DNA from: Candidatus Zhuqueibacterota bacterium
GTDB lineage: Bacteria > BS750m-G25
Assembly: GCA_016783505.1 (NCBI GenBank)
Contig: JADHWK010000013.1
Location: 1-55,431 of the forward strand
Reading direction: 5' to 3'
Length of the DNA stretch: 55,431 nt
A program made the translations under genes and the position numbers. A model generated the notes under the pieces. That model was not told where the DNA came from and ran no database searches. It worked only from the letters and a program-made list of their open reading frames with translations. This document shows, piece by piece, positions 48,248 to 55,431 of this stretch (position 1 is its first letter; every line of letters starts with the position of its first letter).

Positions 48248-48892
48248 TCAATCTTCCCACCCCCGCTTTACCCGTCTCACCACCCGCTCCAGCTCGGTGA
48301 TGCTGATCTCCCCCATCCTTCTGACGACCGGGATTTCGCTGGACACATCCACCACCGTGGATGGTCTTCCCGATCCCATCGGCCCGGCATCGATGATAAA
48401 ATCCACCTTTTGCTTTAATCTGGCGTCAATTCCAGAAATCTGGGTCGGTTCCCCTCGCCCGCTGGGGTTGGCGCTGGTGCTAATAATCGGCACCTCACAC
48501 CCACGGAGAAGTTCATGACAGATAGGATTATTGGGAATACGTATCCCGATAAGATCTCCCCCACCGGTTAATCGCTTGGAAACCTTTGTCGAGGCCCGAA
48601 AAATCAGGGTTAAGGGGCCGGGGAGGAATTTCTCAATAAGTTTTTCGGCTGCATCGGACGGGGAGAGGACCCATTTACGAAGGACCTTTTTGTCCCCGAC
48701 CATGATGCTTAACGGGCGCCTCCGATCCCTTTCTTTTATGGCATAGATACGGTCAATTATACCCTCATTGGTGGCGTCCCCACCCAGGCCGTAGACCGTA
48801 TCAGTGGGATAGATAATAACGCCCCCTGAAAGGATAAGGTCTTTTGCTTTCTGAATGTCAGCGTCAACGGTGCTATACTTTAAGGTCTTCAA
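48248..48892 (-). CDS. tsaC: Threonylcarbamoyl-AMP synthase (TsaC/YrdC type)
   Basis: PTDTVYGL, K.R...PL, PGPLT, STSAN.SG, PSTVVD. Confidence 0.9.
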   Translation of the reverse strand: MKTLKYSTVDADIQKAKDLILSGGVIIYPTDTVYGLGGDATNEGIIDRIYAIKERDRRRPLSIMVGDKKVLRKWVLSPSDAAEKLIEKFLPGPLTLIFRASTKVSKRLTGGGDLIGIRIPNNPICHELLRGCEVPIISTSANPSGRGEPTQISGIDARLKQKVDFIIDAGPMGSGRPSTVVDVSSEIPVVRRMGEISITELERVVRRVKRGWED

Positions 48893-48960
48893 GCTTATGA
48901 TCTTATCCGCTAATTTTAAGAAAAGAAAACCTTAAAAGAGTTTTATTTTTTTGAATAATA

Positions 48961-48989
48961 ATTATAAGAATTTTTTATCAATTAATCAA
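48961..48989 (-). promoter_or_regulatory. Sigma70-type promoter TTGATT-N17-TATAAT
   Basis: -35 at 48984-48989, -10 at 48961-48966, in an AT-rich gap upstream of tsaC. Confidence 0.55.
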
Positions 48990-48999
48990 GTTAAAATCC

Positions 49000-50016
49000 C
49001 TAAAGGTAATCCACTATTCGTTCTATAATTTCATCAGCTGAAATGGCTTTCATGCACTCATGTGTCCCTATCGGGCATTCCATCCCCCCGTGGATGCCGC
49101 AGGGCCGACAGGCTAAATCCTTTTCGATTATCCTATGACCCTCACCATAGGGATAAAATCCAAATCCGGGGATAGTGGGCCCGAAGATAGCGATCACTCT
49201 TGTCCCCATGGCCACCGCCAGATGAACCGGGGCGCTGTCGTTGGCAACCAACACCCGACATCGGCGTAGGAGCTCGGCGGTCTGTCGAAGAGTAAGCCGG
49301 CCGGCCGCATTGATGATTCGGTCTTTTACCTGCCCACCGATTTCATCGCACAGCAGACGGTCGGCCCTCCCCCCGATCAAAATCACCCTGATCCTTAGCC
49401 CGGAGAGACGATAGGCCACCTCAATAAATCCTTCCGGGGGCCATCTCTTGGTCGGCCAAGCAGACCCCGGTGCCAGGGCCACCAGGGTATCCCCGTCTTT
49501 CACCCCCCTAAGGGTCAGAAACCGGGAAACCAGTTCTTGATCCCCTGAATCGGGAAAAATCCGGGGTGGGCAGAGGGGGGCATCAATTCCCAGGGGTTTC
49601 AGCAAAGAAAAATTTCGTTCAACCTCATGGATGTTCCTTGAATAATAAACCTTATCGGTAAACAGAAACCATCCCGCACTTCGGTTAAAACCAATTCGTC
49701 GGGGAACAGCGCCCAATTTGGCGACCAGGGCGGATCGTATGAAGCGATGGGGAACGAGGGCGTGGGTATAGCGTTTTTTCCGTAAAGTTCCAACAATCCT
49801 GCTCATCTGACTTATGCCTTTGTGGCGACCGTATTTGTCGAATACCAGAATATCATCCACGAAGGGATTGTTTTCTAACAGGTTTTTAGTGCCCGGGATG
49901 ACCATAAAATCCACCCGGGATTGGGGAAAAGCCTTTTTCAGCCCCTCGATCAACGGGGTGACCAGCACCACATCCCCGATAAAGGCAGTCTGAATAATTA
50001 AAAAATTTTTATCCAT
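49000..50016 (-). CDS. waaF: LPS heptosyltransferase II (GT9)
   Basis: IIQTAFIGDVVL.TP, APGS.W.TKRWP, NDSAP.HLA, FGPT, CRPC..HG; start ATG 50016. Confidence 0.85.
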   Translation of the reverse strand: MDKNFLIIQTAFIGDVVLVTPLIEGLKKAFPQSRVDFMVIPGTKNLLENNPFVDDILVFDKYGRHKGISQMSRIVGTLRKKRYTHALVPHRFIRSALVAKLGAVPRRIGFNRSAGWFLFTDKVYYSRNIHEVERNFSLLKPLGIDAPLCPPRIFPDSGDQELVSRFLTLRGVKDGDTLVALAPGSAWPTKRWPPEGFIEVAYRLSGLRIRVILIGGRADRLLCDEIGGQVKDRIINAAGRLTLRQTAELLRRCRVLVANDSAPVHLAVAMGTRVIAIFGPTIPGFGFYPYGEGHRIIEKDLACRPCGIHGGMECPIGTHECMKAISADEIIERIVDYL

Positions 50017-50171
50017 AACTGATTCATAATAAAATCGCTTTTTTGGAGTTATCCCGAAATTTCGGGATTTATCATAAACCATAAACCCGTGAACGGCCTG
50101 CCCGGTCCGTAGGAGGCTACGCTCCCAGGGGTAACTCCGAGCACCTTAATTCGAGAAAAACCTATATTTTT

Positions 50172-50206
50172 CCCACTTCGCACTTCACACTTCGAATTTC
50201 GAACTT
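50172..50206 (-). repeat. Five tandem heptamers AAGTTCG-AAATTCG-AAGTGTG-AAGTGCG-AAGTGGG containing the acyltransferase stop codon
   Basis: Read directly; TGA at 50185-50187 lies inside the array. Confidence 0.8.
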
Positions 50207-51081
50207 TTAAGGGGACATGTTTTCCACCTTCGATGCATCCAGAACCACTGATCGGGATGTTGACGGACGGCATTTTCGAGCATTATAGTGAACGCCCGGG
50301 TGATTTTTCGGACATTTTCCTCTTTGTCATCCGTTAAGGGGTCGTATGTAACCTCAGAAAATATAACCCGATGTCGCCCGTTCCCCATCCGGTAGGGATT
50401 CATAAAAACCAGTCCACATCCGGACTTAAGATGAAAAGTGGTTGCTCCTTTGGGCGTAGAGGCTGGCCTTCCTAAAAAATTCAAAAAAAGGCCATCCCTG
50501 CCGGCATCCTGATCCGATAAAATGGCCACTACGCCGTTATTCTTCAGTACCCTCAATACTCCCCGGGCAGCCACACCTACCCGAATGATCCTCACCCCCG
50601 CTCGCTGGCGAGTAGCATTAATGAACCGATCAAAGAGACGATTTCTCTGTTCGTTGACCAGAGCCCAGATGGGATACCCAAGCTGGGCCAGGGCGGCTCC
50701 GGTCAGCTCCCAGTTGCCCAGATGACCTCCCACCACAACTATACCTTTCCCCTTTTGTAATAGAGAATCTAAAATCCCAAGGCCTTCAAATTCAAAACCC
50801 CTCTTCACCTTCCCCGGGGTTAGCCGGGGAAGCCGCAAGAATTCAAAAAAGGTTCTGGAAAAATTACGGTAAGTCCGATGGGCGATGCATCTGATTTCAG
50901 CCCTGCTTTTACCGGGAAAGGCCGAAAGCAGGTTGTCAAGGGTAACCTGTCGGCGGATCCGAATGATTCCAAACCCGAAATCCCCGAGGCGGTCGGCTAA
51001 CCCCATAGCCAAATTATCCGGCAGAAGCCGGGCCAGGAAACCAAAACCCAAGGTGAGCAGATATTCAAATAAATGTTGCAT
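50185..51081 (-). CDS. Lipid A lauroyl/myristoyl acyltransferase (LpxL/HtrB family)
   Basis: H.GNWE, DQ, F.G, P.QWFWMHRRWK. Confidence 0.88.
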   Translation of the reverse strand: MQHLFEYLLTLGFGFLARLLPDNLAMGLADRLGDFGFGIIRIRRQVTLDNLLSAFPGKSRAEIRCIAHRTYRNFSRTFFEFLRLPRLTPGKVKRGFEFEGLGILDSLLQKGKGIVVVGGHLGNWELTGAALAQLGYPIWALVNEQRNRLFDRFINATRQRAGVRIIRVGVAARGVLRVLKNNGVVAILSDQDAGRDGLFLNFLGRPASTPKGATTFHLKSGCGLVFMNPYRMGNGRHRVIFSEVTYDPLTDDKEENVRKITRAFTIMLENAVRQHPDQWFWMHRRWKTCPLKSSKFEV

Positions 51082-51090
51082 TACATCAGT

Positions 51091-51119
51091 AATTTACGAA
51101 TTAATTTCTTTTGAGTCAA
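51091..51119 (-). promoter_or_regulatory. Sigma70-type promoter TTGACT-N17-TAAATT
   Basis: -35 at 51114-51119, -10 at 51091-51096; same hexamers as the 12.56 kb promoter; ATG only 9 nt downstream of the -10. Confidence 0.6.
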
Positions 51120-51130
51120 TCGAAATGTAA

Positions 51131-51168
51131 CAAAAAAAGGCGGAACAGCTTTCCATTCCACCTTTTTT
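51131..51168 (-). terminator. Intrinsic terminator downstream of the adenylate cyclase gene
   Basis: AAAAAAGGTGGAATGG-AAAG-CTGTTCCGCC-TTTTTTT on the minus strand. Confidence 0.7.
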
Positions 51169-51290
51169 ATCATACGGGGAAATATACTCTCGTCATTTCA
51201 CAGGATTATCTTACTCGATTTATTAAACTCATCGGCCGACGAATTGGAACACAAAGATGAGAGCCCCAATAATGGTGAACCCTAATTATA

Positions 51291-51378
51291 AATCTGTGTG
51301 AATCTGGGTCATCCCTGCCTGGGGTCATGCCAGAGGCAGATCCGCCTTTGGCGGGCAGGCAGGTGTGTCATCCGTGTT
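51291..51378 (-). repeat. ~9-nt repeat array (AACACGGAT/GACCCAGAT type) interrupted by nested palindromic inserts
   Basis: Abuts the cyclase TAG; CCTGCCTG...CAGGCAGG (51314-51363) encloses TGCC-AGA-GGCA and CCGCC-TTT-GGCGG. Confidence 0.7.
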
Positions 51379-53673
51379 CTATTTCGTCTTCATCACAAAT
51401 TCCCCCTGCCAGTTTTCGTCCGGGGGATTCTCTTTGTAGAGTTGGCATCGTTCGATAAAAACCTTAGAGGGTCCATCGCCGGGCTCAATAGCCAAAGCCT
51501 TCTGGAAATGCTTGATGGCTTCATCCCATTCCCTCTGCCAATAGAGGTTAATCCCCTTGGTAAAATATTCCGCCACTTCCCCCTTTTCCCCGTCAAGTTT
51601 TCCATTCTTCCCGATTAATTCATACACTGTAATGGGAATAGCCTTTCCCTTGACCACCAGCCGATCCAGAATGCGCACCTCAATCTTATCCTTCGCCTGG
51701 CGGTAGGTCTCCTCACCGATCATGATTGGGGTACCGTATTGTTTGTTGGCTCCTTCAAATCGGGACGCCTGGTTGACGGCGTCCCCCATGACGGTATATT
51801 GAAAACGCTGCGCCGAGCCCATGTTGCCGGCCGATACTACCCCCGAGTTTATACCCATTCGGACATAGATCTCCACCCCGTGGTCTTTTTTGATCTCTTC
51901 CCGCAGCCCTACCAATCTTTCCTGCTGATCCAGGGCCGCCCAGCATCCCTTCCAGGCGTGCCCTGGATCCTCGACAGGAACCCCAAAGTCGCACATGATG
52001 GCATCCCCTTCATATTTGTCCACATAGCCATCGTAGCTCATCAGGATCTCAGTCATAGGGGAAAGGTATTTATTGAGGACCACGGCTAACTCCTCGGCGG
52101 AAAGGCTCTCGGAAATCGTGGTAAATCCAGCCACATCCGAGAAAAACATGGTGGCGTTTCGCTTTTCCCCGGTCAGGCGAAAGGCGTCGGGATGATCCTC
52201 CAGATACTTCAAAACCGTAGGGCTCATGTAGGTGGAGAACATCCCCCGGATCTTCCGCTTCTCCCGCTGCTCCATCATGAATTGATAGAGCACGTTGCCC
52301 ACGTAGGTTAAGACTATTCCAAAAATGGGAACCACCACCGGGACCACCACGGATTCACCGAAACCCGGGGGCATGACAGTCATGGAAAAGATTTTTTTGA
52401 ACAACCAGGTAAAATCCCGGAAGAAGGCCCCGAATGAAAAGCTCAGGAAAATCAGGACCACCCCCAGCAAGACCAGCCCCCCTTTGAGCGGCTTGAGCCA
52501 GGCCAAGAAGAAATAGGTCAGCAAGCTCAAAAATACCAGCATCCAAAACTCCCCCCAGAAACCGATGCGAGATATGTAATTTGAGTCCAGGATTGTCTGA
52601 ATGGCGTTGGTGTGCATTTCCATCCCGGGCATGAGCTGCTGGATGCCGGCGTAATTGTAGAAGGGTGTCTGCTTGACATCGAAAATGATTTCGACGGAGA
52701 GCCCGATGATGACGATTTTCTCCTTAAACGGACTGGGCATCCCCATCCCCAGCATGGCTATCATGCCGTCGGGATAAAACATCTCCATCCAGTCGGTATC
52801 CTCCTCGAATTCCTTAAGGTCAAACTCACCATCGTCTAAGACATTAGAAAGGGGATAGCGGTTGAACGTCTTCCAGGGGCCCAGGGGTGGGGGTGGACCA
52901 GCATTGGAGGGCGGCCCGTAGTAATTGATGAGAAAGTTGTTGGTGGCCTTTCCCCAACTGCGAATTTTCAAATCACCGTAGAACATGTAATCTTCAGTCT
53001 GGACCATTTTTTCAGCGGTGGAATAACCCAGGTATTCTTTGACGGCCTTCATCCCCAGGGACAGGTGGGGCAGGGAATCCCGGCTGACCATGTTGTAGAC
53101 GATATAACACCGGGTAACCCCGTCCGGATCTATCAATTCTCCCACTAAACCCGTCTCCGGCCCGGCGTTCATCAGGGTATCAATGGGATACTGGATGTAG
53201 TCCGGGGGCACCAGGGTTTTCTCAAAAACAAGTTTTGACCCCAAGATTATTGATATCCCGGCCGCCCTTGCCTCACGAATGGCTTCCGCAAAAGTGGAAT
53301 CCCCACTTGCCGACTGAGCATCCTCCGAATCAAAGGCGATATCGAAAACAATCACCCTGGCCCCGGCCCTGATTAAGTTGCGCACCACTTGGGCCCAGAT
53401 CTGCCGAGGATAGGGCCATTTATAGGGGATGAGCCGCCAGGACTCATCATCCAGGTCCACGATCACGACATCGAGACTGTCCTTGGGAATGGGTTCAACA
53501 GCCGTGATCCCCGATAAGGGGCCCCGGAGGAGGAACCGCCAGTCCAGTGTCTTCAATTCCAAAAAATCCAGGACCCCTAACATCCGGAGAATGAGAATCA
53601 GCGACACCATCCCCATGCTGAGAACCAACCCGATACCGACCTGTTGGAGCGATTTCTTTGTGATCTTAATCAT
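51379..53673 (-). CDS. CHASE2-domain class III adenylate/guanylate cyclase with C-terminal TPR
   Basis: WPYPR, V.FDI.F, D.DG..R, MPG.E.H CHASE2 motifs; FSDVAGFT, DKYEGDAIM, YTVMGDAVN.ASR.EG, VKGK. Confidence 0.9.
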   Translation of the reverse strand: MIKITKKSLQQVGIGLVLSMGMVSLILILRMLGVLDFLELKTLDWRFLLRGPLSGITAVEPIPKDSLDVVIVDLDDESWRLIPYKWPYPRQIWAQVVRNLIRAGARVIVFDIAFDSEDAQSASGDSTFAEAIREARAAGISIILGSKLVFEKTLVPPDYIQYPIDTLMNAGPETGLVGELIDPDGVTRCYIVYNMVSRDSLPHLSLGMKAVKEYLGYSTAEKMVQTEDYMFYGDLKIRSWGKATNNFLINYYGPPSNAGPPPPLGPWKTFNRYPLSNVLDDGEFDLKEFEEDTDWMEMFYPDGMIAMLGMGMPSPFKEKIVIIGLSVEIIFDVKQTPFYNYAGIQQLMPGMEMHTNAIQTILDSNYISRIGFWGEFWMLVFLSLLTYFFLAWLKPLKGGLVLLGVVLIFLSFSFGAFFRDFTWLFKKIFSMTVMPPGFGESVVVPVVVPIFGIVLTYVGNVLYQFMMEQREKRKIRGMFSTYMSPTVLKYLEDHPDAFRLTGEKRNATMFFSDVAGFTTISESLSAEELAVVLNKYLSPMTEILMSYDGYVDKYEGDAIMCDFGVPVEDPGHAWKGCWAALDQQERLVGLREEIKKDHGVEIYVRMGINSGVVSAGNMGSAQRFQYTVMGDAVNQASRFEGANKQYGTPIMIGEETYRQAKDKIEVRILDRLVVKGKAIPITVYELIGKNGKLDGEKGEVAEYFTKGINLYWQREWDEAIKHFQKALAIEPGDGPSKVFIERCQLYKENPPDENWQGEFVMKTK

Positions 53674-53685
53674 GGTAAATTTCCT

Positions 53686-55431
53686 TTACTTGATTAACAA
53701 CATTTTCTTATTTTGGGACCATCGGTTCTTTTGATCGGAACTCACTACCTTGAGATGATAGAAGTAAATTCCGCTTCCCACCTCGTTACCGGAACTATCC
53801 CGTCCATCCCAGATCATCCGGTAATAGCCGGGCTGATGCTGGCTATCATCCAACACCCTGATCTCCTGCCCCAGGATGTTATGAACGATCAGTATTACCC
53901 GCCCTCCTTCCGGAATCTGATATTTGATCTGCGTCCGGGCATTGAAGGGATTGGGATAATTCTGGGAAAGGGCAAAGGTTTTGGGGGTGGGCGGAATGGT
54001 GTTTACGATGAAGTTCAGAAACCCATAAGAAACCTTTCTACTATTATCCCTCAGCTCGTAATTCAACGTAACTTCAACCTCATCCTCAATCAGAGGCCGA
54101 AATTCAAGCTGGCTTAGCAGTCCCGAACCCGTCAGACTGGGGTGGGATCGACTCAATCGGCAGGTGGCAACTGTAATCGTCCCCCGCTCGGAATCGGCCC
54201 TTTCAAGGTAGATGGTGGTTCCATTTTTTCCCTTGAGAAAATTCCCTTTAAGGGTTCCAACAAATTCCAATTTGGCTGGGTCATAGCTAAAAGTCCACTG
54301 GGTTCCCACAAAATCATTTACCCCATCGGCCCAGACCTCCAATGAGACTTTCCGCACCCTACCCTGCTCCGGGCTAAATTCCGGTTCGGGCTGCACGATG
54401 GTCAAGGCTCCCAGCCCGAAATCGTCTCTTTCTTTGGGAAGTCGTTTTATCAAAGGTTTGGTCAGGGTATCCACATACTCCTCCACCCAGTTCCACATGA
54501 GGACAAAGACGGTCAAATCCTCAAAGTCAATCCTACCGTCAAAACGGGGTTTTAAATATGGGATATCCTTCAAATCAACAACAGGACCAATTTCCCACAG
54601 GGTGTCCTGTTCGTTCCAGGCCGGGCGGAAATAGTTCACCAGATCAACAAAGTCAATATCGTTGTTCAGGTCATAATCCCCCAGATAGCCAATGGTAAAG
54701 CGCCAGGTGTAATCATCTTCGGGTGATCCCTGAGGCTCGCCATCTCCATTTCCGTCGATCCTCACCCCATCGGCGCTTCTAATTTCCCCGCTTAAGGTAA
54801 CGGTCACCGTCTCGGCAGCGGCAAAGCACGAATCGCTGACGAAATGAATCTGGGTAGTCGAGTCGCCATAGACGGTGCTGTCCCCATATAAAATTTGTCC
54901 TGAATGAGTTCCGGTTACCGACCCCACCACCTTGGTGCGACCGGGAAACATAAAGGCCAATCTGCTCATGGGATAATTAAAGGTCATCTTGATGGTGGAT
55001 CCCAACACCAGACTTTCTGGAACCGTCGGGTTAAAATAGGCAGTGCTGTTCCATGGTGGGGAGACGGTCATCACATGGGGTGCGCCCCGGTTGTCAATAG
55101 TAATCGTCACCGTATCCGGATAACCTAGACCCCACTCATCATAAGGTGAAATGCGGAACAGAACCACAACCGGATCATCAACCCCCAGCGAGTCAGCATA
55201 GCTATCCCAGATTAAGGCCCCTTCGTACCGGGTGCTGTCCAACCCGACCGTATCCCCGAGCACCGTGGCCCGATGCCAGAAAGGCTCAAAAAGACCTTTG
55301 TACTCGGGGACAATCCGCAGGGTATCCCTGCCAGGGTCGTCCAGCCGATAATTGATGGTAATGTCCCCCCTCCGGTCATTAGGATCGGCTTGGTAAATGC
55401 TGATCACCGCCCCGTGGTGGTTGTCCAGATG
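53686..55431 (-). CDS. Large T9SS-CTD surface protein (Ig-like, dockerin-like EF-hand, cohesin-like, FlgD-Ig CTD), 5' end outside window
   Basis: Frame open to the edge (HLDNHHGAV...); GDYDLNNDIDFVDL and DGRIDFEDL; YDP..LEF...G.F cohesin-like segment; LSQNYPNPFN...WDGRD..G..V.SGIYFY CTD. Confidence 0.8.
   Translation of the reverse strand, partial: HLDNHHGAVISIYQADPNDRRGDITINYRLDDPGRDTLRIVPEYKGLFEPFWHRATVLGDTVGLDSTRYEGALIWDSYADSLGVDDPVVVLFRISPYDEWGLGYPDTVTITIDNRGAPHVMTVSPPWNSTAYFNPTVPESLVLGSTIKMTFNYPMSRLAFMFPGRTKVVGSVTGTHSGQILYGDSTVYGDSTTQIHFVSDSCFAAAETVTVTLSGEIRSADGVRIDGNGDGEPQGSPEDDYTWRFTIGYLGDYDLNNDIDFVDLVNYFRPAWNEQDTLWEIGPVVDLKDIPYLKPRFDGRIDFEDLTVFVLMWNWVEEYVDTLTKPLIKRLPKERDDFGLGALTIVQPEPEFSPEQGRVRKVSLEVWADGVNDFVGTQWTFSYDPAKLEFVGTLKGNFLKGKNGTTIYLERADSERGTITVATCRLSRSHPSLTGSGLLSQLEFRPLIEDEVEVTLNYELRDNSRKVSYGFLNFIVNTIPPTPKTFALSQNYPNPFNARTQIKYQIPEGGRVILIVHNILGQEIRVLDDSQHQPGYYRMIWDGRDSSGNEVGSGIYFYHLKVVSSDQKNRWSQNKKMLLIK

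Noticed and set aside
50017-50082. N-terminal extension of waaF
   Set aside because: Reads through the palindrome at 50051-50068; homology starts at MDKNFLIIQT.
51180-51290. Possible GxxExxY N-terminal trace (TIIGA) beyond the repeat array
   Set aside because: Five residues are insufficient evidence.
3609-51378. CRISPR interpretation of the repeat arrays
   Set aside because: Units are 7-10 nt, contiguous, lack spacers, and no cas genes are present.
466-55355. Numerous plus-strand and nested minus-strand ORFs in the six-frame track
   Set aside because: They overlap well-supported minus-strand genes and show no recognisable motifs; shadow ORFs.

Overview
55.4 kb bacterial chromosomal segment with essentially all genes on the minus strand. 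Gene content suggests an FCB-superphylum organism outside classical Bacteroidia, such as KSB1, Zixibacteria or Marinisomatota (inference). In transcription order it holds: a 5'-truncated T9SS-CTD surface protein; a CHASE2 adenylate cyclase; a large LPS/cell-envelope glycan region (lpxL-like, three GT9s, msbA, waaL, wzx, gmd, wcaJ, many GT2/GT4, methyltransferases, a Thr-nucleophile sulfatase-fold enzyme) interleaved with tsaC, an LMW phosphatase and cobO; DUF2723 (TMEM260-like), DUF4837, purE, rmlD, Ppm synthase, accA, a thioesterase and Trm112; and a T9SS block (porU, porV, degenerate M6 protease-CTD, peptidase/TolB/Omp85 fusion, porin). The least explained signals are intergenic. (i) Nine genes are followed at their stop codon by short tandem 7-10-nt repeat arrays of several distinct unit families, some next to decayed passenger genes (GxxExxY nuclease x2, clan AA protease). 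(ii) 13-18-nt GC-rich palindromes appear inserted into these arrays and into a gene. (iii) A promoter, a 152-nt G-U-rich rod and a terminator lie immediately upstream of porU. No rRNA, tRNA or CRISPR array was seen.
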